A DNA stretch of 64,000 nucleotides from the human T2T-CHM13v2.0 reference genome, Homo sapiens (GCF_009914755.1 NC_060925.1); one strand, 5' to 3'. Positions 1-13,396 are shown, counted from the stretch's first letter. Translations and numbers: made by a program. Notes: a model not told the origin generated them from the letters alone.

Positions 1-265
1 CCTGAGGGAACTTGACGGTGGTGATGGAAAGCTCCCACTGCCTCCTTCTGTGGGGTTTTTTTTGTAAAGACTGGAGTCTTCGTCCATCTTGGCAAGAAGT
101 TGAAGACCCTTTTCTCCTTATGTTTTGCTGTAGTCATCCTTTCCATTCATTCAAAGCTTTGCCATAAGCTCATCCCCATGGCTTTGTAGACAAAACTCCC
201 ACATCCCCCTGGTTCCCCACCAACCATCCCACCCCTGAATAAACAACAGCTCATTTGTAAGAGAT

Positions 266-271
266 TTTAAT
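266..271 (-). terminator. Polyadenylation signal ATTAAA
   Basis: tttaat on +. Downstream on minus: GCTGTTGTTTATT and GGGGTGGG, a plausible downstream element. Confidence 0.7.
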
Positions 272-853
272 TTCATCTTGGTATGCCATTAAGGAGTGGA
301 ATAAGGATCTCTATTCATTTTCACTCACATAGTATCTCCTACATTCTCCAACTGGTCTTTACCACAGAAACCTGTGGGGCCATACAGCATCTGCATAATT
401 TTCACTCATCAGACTGGTTTGGGTTTCTTGGTGGTTTGCATAAATTATAAACAAGAGCACAAAAATCACACAACATAGACTCTACCATAAGGGGACATGT
501 TCCCTCTGGCCTTGCCAGAGTGATAGGGACGTGTCTCTGTGTTCAAGTCTCCAATGATGTCCCCAGAAATGAGGCCAAGCCTATCCTGGCCCCTCCTGGA
601 TGGGTCCACAGTGACCCGCTGTCTTCCCCACCAACTCATTCTGGGTTCCCAGGAGACTTCCTAGCACAGAACAATACCATCCTAGCACCGCAACTGGAGA
701 CCAGGGTGTGGAACTGTCCCCATGTACAATGGCTGCTGGGTCTTCTGTGCCGAGGATCAGAGGAGTGAGTTGGAAGGAAGAGCCAAGGGTTTCCACTGGA
801 ACCTTCTGCCTCTATGAGCGCCATGAGGTTCTTTAGAAACAGACCCTCTAAAA

Positions 854-1047
854 CAAGGGGCCCCAAACTTTTTCTGTAAGGGCCAGACAATACAGATAGC
901 AAATATTTCAGGCTTTCCAGGCCACAGACAGCCTGTTATATATTCTTCTTCTCCTTTTTTTTAATGACCTCAAAAAAAAAGTAAAAACCATTCTTTGCTG
1001 GCAAGCCATAGAAAGCAGGCCCGCAAGCAGGAGTTTGCCCAACCCTG
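854..1047. mobile_element. hAT-Charlie MITE (MER58-like) in the 3'UTR
   Basis: Termini caagggg...ccctg. 8-bp TSD ctctaaaa (846-853) / ctctagaa (1048-1055). Confidence 0.7.
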
Positions 1048-1339
1048 CTCTAGAACACCACCAGGCCCTCCTCTATCCCCTCAGCCTTCACCTCCTCCCC
1101 ACTCTGGGACTCTGGGATCCCTCTGAACTGCTCTGAGCTGGTGTCTCCTTCCGCACAGGCTTTGCAGAGGGACTTCAGCAGGCAGAACTGCCCTCTGGAG
1201 TTCAGGAGCCCTCCTGCTCTGCAACCCTATGTACCCTCCTTTGCCAAGTGAGTGGCCTGGTTGTATCTTAAACAAATATCAGATATTAGTCTCAGCCCTG
1301 CTCATGTGTCCTGGGAATGAATTAAGCCTTGGTGTTTCC

Positions 1340-1475
1340 CAGTGAGGTAGGTACATACTATTAGCCTCATCCACATTTGCAGATGCTGAAGCTCAAGAGC
1401 TGAACCAATCATCCTAGCACTGCCCAACAACCACTTGTCAGAATTTAAAAGAAAGCCCAGGAGTCTGGGCTTTAC
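1340..1475 (-). mobile_element. MIR fragment in the 3'UTR
   Basis: gtgaggtagg...catttgcagatgctgaagctcaagag resembles the reverse-complemented MIR core. Confidence 0.55.
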
Positions 1476-1851
1476 ATTTTCTCAGAACATGATCAGAGAT
1501 TATTCTGTCCCACCCCTGCCCAGTGATTCAACCCCAAAGAGAGCAAGAATGCAAGAGAGAACACCATCAGCCACACAGAATTTCTTTCCAGATCTGAAAG
1601 ACACTCTGAAAACAGAATGAACCCCAGCACTCAAAGCTATGGGGCTAGGTGGAGCAGCCCTCTCTGCCCTGCTGACAAGTCTTGTCAAGCTAAAAATAAA
1701 GTTTATAAAAGTAAATTATCTCATTTTATAACTTAAGTGCATCAAGCATTTCCTTAAATATAGTTCACACTGAAAATAAAGTTACTTTTGCTGTACAGTT
1801 GGTGTCTGTTATAATTAGGAATAAACTTTGAGGGTAAAATACGAAAGGTTA

Positions 1852-1880
1852 CACACTCACACACACACATCTATCTATCT
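1852..1880. repeat. (CA)n-(TCTA)n microsatellite in the 3'UTR
   Basis: cacactcacacacacacatctatctatct. Confidence 0.8.
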
Positions 1881-2263
1881 GTCCTTCTGTCTATTGGTGT
1901 GTAGATGGATAGACATATGCACCTCTTGACAAGAGCTTCCCCGACATGGTGGGAAGTTGTTAGGAGTCCCTAAGTATCTAGTTTGCATGAGAATGTCTAT
2001 ATTAAAAGTCTCTGTCCTTAATGATAAACACGTCTTCATATCTAATGCTAAGACTCTTATTAGAAACATTAAACTATGCAATCCATAATGTATTCAGTCT
2101 TTGGAAATGCTGAGCTACACCATATCATTATACAACAGCATCCCCAACAAAACTCCCTCCCCAACCCACCTCTTCCCTGGCCTCCCTGTCCTAAAGCCAG
2201 TGACCCCTCAAAGAATATGGTTGTTCCATATGGGAGCCTAGTCACAGAACTCTAGGGGAAGAC

Positions 2264-2424
2264 TCAAGATGTGAAGTAAGAATTCTGCATGGAGTACAGA
2301 TGGTCAATGGGGTTTCCCACTCTGGACTGCAGAGGCCCAGCTTCTGAGGTTGCTAGGAAACAGTCACCCAGGTTACTGAGGGAGGTGTCGTCGCTATCCA
2401 GGTCATGGAAAAGGGGCTCGGCAC
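2264..2424 (-). CDS. LMX1A: LMX1A terminal exon 9, coding part (161 bp including TGA)
   Basis: Encodes [53 protein letters not shown]. Acceptor tttcag|GT, stop TGA at 2266-2264. C-terminal NPID-LYSMQ-SYF motif is typical of LMX1 proteins. Confidence 0.97.
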
Positions 2425-4247
2425 CTGAAATGGAGATGAAACACTGGCATGAGGGTCTTGAAGAAGTGACTCATTTCAGTGCTAGGATATTCAGCTGAAT
2501 TCAACAAGTGTTGCCTGAGCACAGGCTCCAGGTGAAACTTTCTACAAAAAGTCTATATTCTCTTTAGGGGGCTCAAGTCCAAAGTGCAACAAGTGAAAAC
2601 AATCTAAACCAGGATATGACAAAGTGCTAAATTGAGTGCAGCATAAGCAAATGTCACAATGTCTAGACAGGGAGTGTGGGGAGTAGGCAGGACATGTCAC
2701 CAGAGGCTGGAGAGACAGGGCAGAGCTCCTATAGGACTTGGGCCTGAAAAATGATGCTTGAAGGAGGGATGGTAAAACCAACAAACAAAAAAACAAAACA
2801 AAAAGAAAGCTCTTTGAGTGAAGCTAATGAAAACTCCTGTGATAACATTTGTTCTTTCAAACACCAAGGGTCTACTATCAGCTGTTACCCCAAATTTGTA
2901 ATGCAAAGAAAAGGAAGGTTAGGTGCCTACCTTCAACTAATTTACACCTTTGATAGGGAAGCCAGTAGGGCACACATTGGAACAGCTGAGAAATCACTGC
3001 AACCAGGATCTGGAGGCAAAGAATGTTCTGCCTCTGCTTCAAGTAAATAGGAGAGGTGAAAACTGGAGTTTATACAACTTGTCATGGGGCTTTAAATATT
3101 CATTTTATGAAAGGACTCATCACAGGGATACTTCATGTAACACAATCCCTGAGACTCTGAAAAGAATTTGCAAAAAAATGTGTTTGCCCTGTTTTCCGAT
3201 AGCTGTGGAGTAAAGAATGGTACAGATGTGACCTGTGCCTTCTAAGGAAGCCAAGAGGGTGGCTATCACTGAACATCCAATGAGTGGGGTCAGCCAGTGA
3301 AGGGCTTGTCAAGGGCCAAATCTTAATAAATGTTTGCTGAATGTGTGATATGGGAAAGTAGGCGTGATTTTAACAACAGAATTTTTTTTCATGAAGGCAA
3401 AAAAAAAAGTTGTTTGGCAAAATCTGTGATCTGTGGCGTGAATCTCTGATACTAATGTTTTGAAGACTTGCTGCATAAGATTATTTTTTAACTATCAGTG
3501 TAATCTATCAGATTACACAGTACAGACCAATGCATTACATACAACACTAACCTTCTCTGTATAAAATGTAATGCCCTATACTTGGCTGAGGTTGAACTTG
3601 AGCCTTCACTCCAAAGCTCACCCAGCCCCCTACTCTGGGTCCTCAGGCCCCCGGTTGTTGTCCATTAGCTTAAGCACGAAGCTGGGTAAGTGGGAGAGGC
3701 TCAGCTACCCATATATGCAGCATTTAAATCAATGCTTCTTTGGGTGGGGTGGGTATAAGGGAGATACTTTCACTTTACAAGTCAGTTTATGTTTCACTAG
3801 TTAAATTAGAGCACCTATTAGTATCCATAGTAGGATAGTCCAGTTAGAAAATTTGTCTTCTGTGCTTTTTATTTCTTTTCTTACTTTAGGTAAACGTTTG
3901 CTTAATTAAGGCCTTCTGTAGCACTGATACTGCTGACCTCTGGCATGAAGCGCAAGACTTGCAATTCAATGACAACAAACAGGTCTACAAGGAGAGCACA
4001 ACTTCCCATTTAAAACCAACAAACAAGAAGCTTTGAAAACAAGATAAATGGAAGTGTCAATAATGAATATGCATGAAGGTCTTTCTCCTGTAGTCATTGG
4101 TTAGGCGATTCTGGCAGTATTTTGTAGGGCACATTATTCTGCTTTGGAACTTCGGTGAGCATCTGGGAACTGCCTAGATGTGTTTAGGAGGGAATGAGAA
4201 ACCCACACAAGTTATGAGAGGGCCCGAGGGGCTTAAGTCCCTCTTAC

Positions 4248-4418
4248 CATAAGGGTGCATGTGGTCTCCAGGCATCTGGGGTGGGGTGAGACCCTGTCGG
4301 AAGGGATCTGAGCTGTAGACACTCTGCTCGATGGCCAGGAGCTGCTGTGGGGTGGGCAGAGCCGTGTAGGGGTTCATGATTCCTTCCATCCCAGCACTCC
4401 CACCACCGTTTGTCTGAG
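4248..4418 (-). CDS. LMX1A: LMX1A coding exon 8 (171 bp)
   Basis: Encodes [57 protein letters not shown]. Acceptor cacag|CT, donor ATG|gtaaga. Confidence 0.97.
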
Positions 4419-5404
4419 CTGTGGAACAAAGAAGAAGCCAGGTCATTCTCAACGTGCAGCCTGGCATGTGATTTCCCTGGGTCCTGATTCCCTCATTTAT
4501 AAAATAAAATGGGATGAGGTGACATCAGTGGTCCCAGCCTTTGTCCTACCAGAGGCCATCAGGAATCACCTTGGAGGACAGGAACAGGGTAGGGGCTGGG
4601 ATGTTGAACTTTGAGAACATCCTTGAAATATATTATTTCAACAAAGGTTTTGATGCTAGCCACATGTTTGGCAGTCACTAGAATAGATGTATCTAAAGAT
4701 CTTTCTACGATAACCCAGTATGAGCCCATCAGTCAAGTGGGAGTTGTGACCAGTTGACCTCATTGGGTTGATGGGAAGATTCCATAGGACTGTGTATGCT
4801 TTGGAATTATATCTTGCTATGCTTGTAGATAGAATTTTATAAGAAAAGCAGGATTCACTTCCTGCCTCCACATCTTGCTGAGGTTCTCTGAACCTGGGAA
4901 GAACAGAGACTATTTCCCACCAGCCTCTGCTTTCTTAAGTCTACCTTTGGAGCGCCTTTAGAATTATTTAAACTAAGTCCCAAGCCATATGAGTTTGTGT
5001 TCTCATATGCTTTGATGCATTCTTCTCCCTTTGAATTGCACAGGGGTCCTGTGAGGTAGGACTAGCAGGCATTAGGGCCCTACCCTAGGGATGCACACAG
5101 CCTGAGGAACAAGGAAAAGTTGGTCCCACATAAAGAGCCTTAGGGGTGGAGCTGAGGGCAGAATTCAGATCTAACCAGCTTCCTGCTCCACCCTTCCCCA
5201 CACCTATGCCCTGTTTTATTTCTTCTCTCCCTAACATCTACCTTGTTGTTAACATACTGTTTAGTCTAGAAGGTAAGAAACTAAGGGAACTCTTGGCTGC
5301 AAGAGTCAAATTCTGGATTAAGCCTAGACCCAGTGTCAAGCACAAGGCAGGGTTCATGTGAGGATAAGAGGCTCTGTTGAGGGGCCAGAGAACTAGGATC
5401 ACAT

Positions 5405-5456
5405 TCCACAGACTTCAAAGTGTGGTCCACAGATTTCAAAGTGTGGTCCACAGACT
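5405..5456. repeat. 21-bp tandem repeat, about 2.5 copies
   Basis: tccacagacttcaaagtgtgg / tccacagatttcaaagtgtgg / tccacagact. Confidence 0.9.
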
Positions 5457-5594
5457 AGCAGCAATGGCACCACCAAAAAGCTTGTTAAAAAGGCAGAATC
5501 TTGGGGCCCACCCAGACCTTCCTTATGAATTGGAATCTGCACCTTACCAAAATCGCAGGTGACTTACGTGCATATTAAAATGTAAGAAGCCCTG
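5430..5594. mobile_element. MER5A-like hAT DNA transposon
   Basis: ttcaaagtgtggtcc...gcagaatcttgggg...caggtgac...aagccctg. Confidence 0.65.
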
Positions 5595-6446
5595 TTTTAA
5601 GGTACAGACCATTCAAGGAATTCTGGATAGCTGAGTTGGGTGGCGAGGGGCATAGCGTTTAAGAATGACATTGTTCTAATATAGTAACTCTTCTTTTTTT
5701 TTTTCCTTTAACTTCCATGAAGTCTCCCACAGTCTGTTCCTCTTCACCCTCCTCCCTAATCCTCATATCACCCTGACTTTTTCAAAAGCACATCTGGGTA
5801 GAGATGAGAAGGCCCATGGCCTGTGGAACACAGTTAGAGTTCTAGTCCCAGCCCCCTGCCCTTACCGATCTAGGGCCACATTCAATCTTGCAGAGCCTTT
5901 GTTTGCTCATCTGTGACATAGGGATAATAACAACTTCTCCACTCGCCTCCAGGAATGGGTGTTGTAAAAGTCAAGTCAGCATGTATGAGAACACCAATCT
6001 ATAAGAGTGTTCAACAAAGGAAGGCATTGTTATTTTACTATCATTATTTTTACTACTTTATGTTATTTTGGAAAGAGCCAAGTCACCGAGGTGTCTTCTA
6101 TTAAATCAATTAGCCTGGAAGGAGAACTAAGCAAGATGAGAAACTGAACGTATCTGTGACTCTGCAAGCAGTCCCTGACACTGTGGTGGGATCCAGGCCT
6201 GGACGCTGTGGATAAGGTCAGTGCCATCCCCAATCAGCAGTTCTAAGCCTGCAGCTCAGGAGCCCTCAACCCTCTCACAAGTTCCTCGTGGCTCAGTCTT
6301 CCCTTGAAGGCCTTATTTCTCCAGTGGGTGTGGTCTAGGCTTCACTGAGTCCAGATATGTCATCCAAAGAGCTGGGTAGTGGGAGGCCTCTGGTAGGAAC
6401 AGCCTGGATTCCAGCCAGAACTGCCTGGGAGGAGGCACCAGCTTAC

Positions 6447-6516
6447 CAGAGCTCAGCCTCTGGGTGTTCTGCTGATCTTGCTGCTGCTGCTGCTGTCGCC
6501 TGGCCAGCTTCTTCAT
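6447..6516 (-). CDS. LMX1A: LMX1A coding exon 7 (70 bp), homeodomain end and Gln-rich segment
   Basis: Encodes MKKLARRQQQQQQDQQNTQRLSS. Acceptor tcag|ATG, donor CTG|gtaagc. Confidence 0.97.
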
Positions 6517-6996
6517 CTGATAAGGAGAGGACCATAGGATTAGAAGTCAGGTGGCCTGCAGCATGTTCACAAAGTAAGGGGGGGCCTGGAAGTGACACCT
6601 TCCCCGGGAGAGGGCTTGTTGGCAAAGCTCTGGCTCTTACTTAGTAAAGGAGCAACAGTGGCCAGCCCCATATGCGAGAAGCATTGCAGCTGAGAGCTCT
6701 TCCACTCTGCAGCAGTATAAAGACAGCTGGCTGGGAAGCAGGGGTGCAGCTTGTCTTAGCAGGAATAGGGATTTTTTCCTCAGTAAATAAAACTTGCTGC
6801 TTGTGGTGTGACCATTTTACATTAGGTAATAAGTGTGTGACTGTGAAATCTGCAGCCCAGCCTAGACGTAATGAACAAGAGGTTGTGATTTGGGGTAAGC
6901 TAAGAGGCTGTTCCTTTCCTCCTCCCTGTCTGCTGGCCCTTAAGATTGAGATGAGCCTACCCAGAGATTCATGCCTCTTCCAAAGCACCCTGCTAA

Positions 6997-7322
<326 letters not shown>

Positions 7323-7644
7323 CCCTGAAGGAATATTTTAACTCAATATTTCTCAAACTGTGTTCCATAGAGCATTAGGGTTCCACGAGATGATGACATA
7401 TACTTTGAGTGTGTGTATGTGTCTGTGTGTAGGAAACACTAGATTTTTGTAAAAATTTTCTTTATTGCAAGATTTTTCAGAGCTTTAAATGTGTCCCTGT
7501 GCTTTATGAATCCATAGGCTATAGGGCCTCTGCAACTTATTGCACTATGGAGTCTTTCTTTGGTACACATCAACAGCCCTGTTCTGAGGATGTCAGTTAG
7601 AGAAATGCTACCTTAACCAATCATGATCAAATAGTGAGATAACC

Positions 7645-8484
7645 TGTGATACTGTAAAGCATATATTTGGTCGTTGACCCTGTTTTTTGGCATACGGTTC
7701 CTAAAATTTTTGGACTCTCCAGAGTGATACCTATGTGAATGTTAATGACTGACTGACAGCTGTCAGCCCCTAGGTAGCTTCAGGGTGGAGAATGATAATC
7801 AGAAAGACCCAGGTATGATTAGATGGTTGGAACATTCAGCCCCACCCCCAAACCTCTGTGGAAAAGGGATGGGCTGAAAGTTAAGTTGACCATCAATGCC
7901 CAGTGATTTAATTAATCATGCCTACATTATGAAACCTCCATAAAATCCCAAAAGGATGGGGATAGAGAGCTTCCAGACAGCTGAATACATGGAATTTCCT
8001 GGAGGCTGGGGTGCACAGGGAGGGCATGGAAGCTTCACACCCTTCCCCCATTTCTCGCCATATGCATCACATTATTCACATCTATTGTAATATCCTTTGT
8101 AATAAAGCAGTAAATATAAGTAAGTATTTCCCTGAATTCTGTGAGATGCTCTGCAAATTAATCAAATCCAAGGGGTGGGGTCACTGGAATCCCAATTTAT
8201 AGCCAGTTGATCCGAAGCATAGGTAAAACCACCTGGAGCTTGCAATTGGCATTTGAAGAGGAGGGCAGTCTTGTGGGGCTGAACCCTCAACCTGTGAAAT
8301 CTGACACTATTTCCAGGTAGAGAGTGTCAGAATTAGAGGACACCCAGTTGGTATCCACTGCACAATTGATTGCTTGCTTGGTGTATGGAGAATATCTCCA
8401 CATATTTTGTCACAGAAGCATTCTGCGCTGATTGTTGTAGTGTAAGAGCAGAGGAAACATAGAGTTTGTTTTTTCCTCATATCA
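7645..8484. mobile_element. MER21-like solo LTR
   Basis: Starts tgtgatactgt and ends ...tca. Collinear similarity with 42151-43000. Confidence 0.75.
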
Positions 8485-9029
8485 TCCACTAAAGATCAGG
8501 GCTCTTGAGAAACAGTCCACAGGGCACATGTATTTTTAGAGGTAGGTAGATGAATGAGCAAAAGGTCTAAAACTAAAACCATGATGAGGGAATATAGAGC
8601 TTCATTGGATCCAGAGGACAGTATGATGGCTTGGGCCTATATTAGTGAGGGCTGGGCCCTGGGAGAAGTAAGAAAAGGCACTCATTCTACCCTGTCATAA
8701 AATTGTCTTGGACCAGTTATATGCATGCTACTTTTAAAATAACTTTGGTATTTGCATTAAATAAATATGAATTAAAGAACATGCTTTTACCAAAAGACAC
8801 AGAAAGACATTTATTCATACAGATGGCTGGCCAAATCCACAGTCATGGCTGCTAGGAAAATACAAGCAATTTCACTAAAATGAATGCCTTCTCTCTCCCC
8901 TTCTGCAGGGCTGCTGTGGCCAAAATAATTATTGATAACAGAATTTTTGAATCAAGAGAACTACTCTATCCAATGAGCTAAGGCGAGAAAACCTGGCAGC
9001 AAGTACAATGTCCTACTGTGATTATTTCA

Positions 9030-9371
<342 letters not shown>

Positions 9372-10527
9372 TTACATGTGCATTCCCAAGAGGTGTTTCT
9401 GGATTTCTCTTGCTCTGGAAATTAGGCCTTCAAGTGGTTTAGACTTTAGTCTATTGTTGTGCTTTAGCTATAAGCCGTGCATATGCATTGACCTACTTAA
9501 GGAGATCTGAGAGTGAAAATCACTTTGGAAAAACAAATGGCTCTCTCTTGGTCTCCTCTCTTGCCTAAATTCATTGACCTTAATTTTTGGTTTTGTCCCT
9601 CATATCTCTAGGTAACTTTGGGTGTTTCATGAATATCCATAGTGACTGCTACCCCAAGTGAGCCCTGCCCAAAGAGAATAAAATGAGAGCCATCTGGAAC
9701 CCGGCAGAGCCAGGTAGGCAACTCTGAGGCCAGCACATGTGCCAGGGCTGTGGTGGAGACAGGACAACTGGGATCCAGATAATAAAGAGATGCATTTAAA
9801 CATCTGCCTACCATACAGGCACACAGTGAGGGTCTGGCAAGGTGTTGAGAAGAGAAGGGGCAAGAAGCACAGATTTTCAGAGGGGGGCCTGAGAGACACT
9901 GACCTCTCTTGATTAGATCCTGGGGAGGAGATGGGATTGAAAGAGCTCCTTGAATAAATGTGTGAGTAGAGCAAATGGAAGCCTTGAGAAATACTTCCCC
10001 TTTATCATGCCACTTGGGGAAAGGCTTAGAAGTGGAATGATTAGAACAGGTTTTTATAGCACATCCTTCTGCTAAGCCAACTAAAAAAGGAGTGTACTCA
10101 GGGGCCCACCTCCACCTGCTGAAACCCTATCCATTCCTCAGAGGCCCAGCTCAAAAGCCACCTGTTCCACAAAGCCTTGCCTGATTGCCCAGACCAAAGT
10201 GACCTTTCCCTTCCCTTGCTTCCTGGCTTCCCCTCTGTTATGGTCCTCAGAGCCCCCTCTCTGGTGTTACAGTAATGTGTACACGCATCTCCTTCTTGCT
10301 GGTTACCTGGAAGCTGCCCGGGGACAAGCACCCAGCACAAAGCCCTACATGGGCTGGGAGTTTAGTATACATGGAAGAAGTAAATAAGTGAGGAAGACTG
10401 TAATTTGTCCTAGTGCAAGCCCAATTTGGGGGCATTTTACTTTCTACTGATACCTCTCTTGGAGCATAAGGAGCTGCAAGGGCAGAAAAAGTGAGTCTGC
10501 AGCTGAATCTTTCCAAATATCAGAAGT

Positions 10528-10912
10528 TGTGATAGGCTGGACTATTGCTCAACAAATATCTATCCTTCCCTCCCCTGCTCCGTGGTGGGTGTGTGCTTCA
10601 CCACTGCACCTATGCCTTGCTTTGGCCTGTGGGATGTGATGTGTCTGATATCCAGCAAGAGATTTTCGATGGGCTTCCCACTTTGACTTGGCCTCTTGCT
10701 TCCTGCCAACCTCATGAGAACAACAAGCCCAGGAGGGGGCTGCTCCTTCAGCCTGGACCCTCGAATGATAGACAGGTGGAGCAGGCTGGAACCTGCACCC
10801 AGCTGGGCCACAGCCAATGCACAGCCCAAGAAAAGAAAATACATGTTTGTTGGGAACCATGGTGACTTTTTGTTTGTTTTTTTTTTTATCACAGACAAAG
10901 CTGACTAATGCA
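10528..10912 (+). mobile_element. MLT1-type MaLR LTR
   Basis: tgtgataggctgg...gctgactaatgca termini. Confidence 0.65.
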
Positions 10913-11081
10913 AAAAAGGATGCAGGAAAAATAATGCTAACATTTTTTCAAAATGTATTTCCTTTATGAATTTCAGTAAAGAATACCCTATTTTCTTTCT
11001 TTTTATCATGTAAAAGATAGTACTCAGTATATGACAGGCAGTCGATAAACAATAAGTACTCAATAAATGGGCGCTGCTATT

Positions 11082-11465
11082 TATGGCAGACTGCTAATTG
11101 TCCCCAATATCTATTCTTTCTTCATCCTATGAGTAATTGAATCACTAAGTTTAGCAAGTTCTTGGTCACCCAGACAGACTCATTTCCCAACTTTCCCTGC
11201 AGGAAGTGTGGCCACAGGACTACATTCTGGCCAACACATATGAGGAGAAATGATTTGAGCAACCCCTGGATACATCCTTAAAAAGCAGGGCGCTTGCCCT
11301 CCATTTCCTCTTTCTCTACCTGGTGACTGGAAACATGGTGACAACTGGAGCAGTCGCTTGGACACAGGAGATGGATAACAGAGCCACCCACCAGCCTTGC
11401 CTTGCTCACCTCTGGACTGTGACAGAAGAGAATAAACTCCTGTCTCATTAAACCACTGTATTTTT
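11082..11465 (+). mobile_element. MLT1J/K-type MaLR LTR fragment
   Basis: catttcccaactttccctgcag...gtggcca, tctggact...aataaact...aaccactg. Confidence 0.6.
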
Positions 11466-11467
11466 TT

Positions 11468-11660
11468 TTACATGAATGTCCATAGCAGTCCTATTTGAAA
11501 CAGTCCCAAACTAGAAACAACCCCAAACACCCATCAACAGGTGCATGGACAAACCAATCATGGCACACCTATACAGTGGAATGCTGAAATAGGAATGAAT
11601 GAATCCCCAAACCACCACACCAAGTGGAAAAAGCCAGACTCAAAAAAGAGTACTGCAAGC
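11468..11660 (+). mobile_element. Old L1M 3' fragment
   Basis: acatgaatgtccatagcag...aactagaaacaacccc...atcaacaggtg. Confidence 0.6.
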
Positions 11661-12001
11661 CACTGTGTTTTTATACTCTTTGCTTTACAGCATCTGGGTC
11701 TACACCACAATGGACACCTATCATTATTACTGTTCCCATTGTGCTCTATGAAATGAAAGGTGTGACAGGGGCCATTTGGAGTTGGTGTGCATGCATGAAA
11801 GCTTCAGGAGAGTCTATCACACCCTGGCCACAGCTTAGTGATCTCTGGAGTCTCCAACAGGCTTGAGCCGCCTGTGCAGGCTCTGTCTGAACAGCCTTCC
11901 TCACCACTGTGACCCCCAATGCCCACTGAGATCCCAGAGGGGTCTGAGTGCACACAGAGAAGTGGGGCCCAGCTCCTTTTCCTCCCTGCTCCCTCCTATA
12001 C

Positions 12002-12174
12002 CTTCCTGCAGGGCTTGGAGGATACTTCAAATGAGGCCTTGAATGCTCGCCTCTGTTGAGTTGTCAAGATGGTTCTCGGACGTTTGGGGCGCTTATGGTC
12101 CTTGCCTTCCTCAGCAGTTCCTTTCCCTGCCCCATGGGCTGACTTGCAGAGACTTTCTTCATCATCACTTTTAC
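12002..12174 (-). CDS. LMX1A: LMX1A coding exon 5 (173 bp), linker and N-terminal homeodomain
   Basis: Encodes [58 protein letters not shown]. Acceptor tttcag|GT, donor AAG|gtatag. Phase fits the upstream exon. Confidence 0.98.
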
Positions 12175-12452
12175 CTGAAAGAAGCAAAAGACAATGTTGT
12201 GAGTCCCTGAAAGCCAGTTCCTGGAGCTGTATGTTATTCCATAGCAAGGCCTCCAGGTCCACATTTCCAGGATGGCTTTATGTATGAGAGCAATAATCTA
12301 TGTGGTATTGCTTTGAAAGCTTCCAGGAAGAGGCTAAGAAAAATACTTCTAAAACCCAGAGACAGGCAGCAGAAAGTCCACCATTACACTTCAGGCTTTA
12401 TCACAGCATCATATCCTGGCTCCGCATTTACTAGTTGCGTGGCCTTGGGCAA

Positions 12453-12801
12453 TGATATGGTTTAGTTCTGAGTCCCCAGAATTGTAATCTCCACGTGTTG
12501 ATGGAGGGACATGGTGGGAGGTGACTGGATCATGGGGGCGGTTTCCCCCATGCTGATCTTGTGATAGTGAGTGAGTTCTCACACGATCTGATGGCTTAAA
12601 AGTGTGTGGCTTCTTTCACACTCTTTCTCTCCTGCTTTGCCATGTAAGACCTGCTTTCTTCCCATTCACTTTCTGCCATGATTGAAAGCTCCCTGAGGCT
12701 TCCCCAGCCATGCAGAACTGCAAGTCAATTAAGCTTTTTCTCCTTATAAATTACCCAGTCTCCGGTATGTCTTTATGGCAGTGTGAAAATGTACTAATAC
12801 A
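12453..12801 (+). mobile_element. THE1-like MaLR solo LTR inserted in a MIR
   Basis: tgatatggttt...actaataca termini. 5-bp TSD ggcaa (12448-12452 / 12802-12806). MIR sequence on both sides. Confidence 0.85.
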
Positions 12802-13396
12802 GGCAAGTTACTTAACTCTCTACAACTAAATGTACTCTTCTGCAAAATAGTGATATATGAGAGGATCTACTTCATTGGGGTTGCTGTGAGGATTAAATGA
12901 GTTTATACCAGTACGGCACTGAGTGCCCTAAATGCCAATGAGCCTTGACTGTTGATGATTAATATTATTTCTTAGATGTCATTTTTCAAGACTAGACCTA
13001 GACACTATGTCTGAAACTCTAGTTACTGCCAAGTGGTAGAAAATATTATTGTTAAAAAGGCCATAGAGAAAAGCATTAGATTACCTGCCACTACAGATAA
13101 CTCAGAATGGACAGGTAACACTGATAACTAGTCAACATTGCTTTTCTGTAAAGTAAATAACTCTCTACTGTTAAAGTAATTGTCTAACTATTTGAAATAC
13201 TTCAACTCTATAAGCAGTGAACAACATGAGGGTTAACTCTGAAAGGAAATAAAATCTCTAGTATACGTCACTTTTTTTTCCAGGCTACCTCTTACATTCC
13301 ACAGACATCACACTCCTGAGAAGGTGCTTCTAGGGTCTGGGGCATACCTGTGTAACAGAGACTTCTTTTTACTTTTGGCATTAAAAGCCATAGGCA

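Larger units (their letters stand above)
250..2263 (-). other. LMX1A: LMX1A 3'UTR (~2 kb, 3' end approximate)
   Basis: Runs from the stop codon to about 15-20 nt past an ATTAAA hexamer. A GU-rich stretch follows on the minus strand. Confidence 0.75.

Noticed and set aside
1695-1825. Three AATAAA hexamers as LMX1A poly(A) signals
   Set aside because: They are on the plus strand. On the mRNA they read UUUAUU.
2419-2424. Last exon also starts with GT (ATG|GTGCCG)
   Set aside because: Poor donor match, and there is no downstream exon to splice to.
6478-6495. (CAG)5CAA polyglutamine tract as an expansion locus
   Set aside because: Too short to be unstable. It is an ordinary part of the protein.
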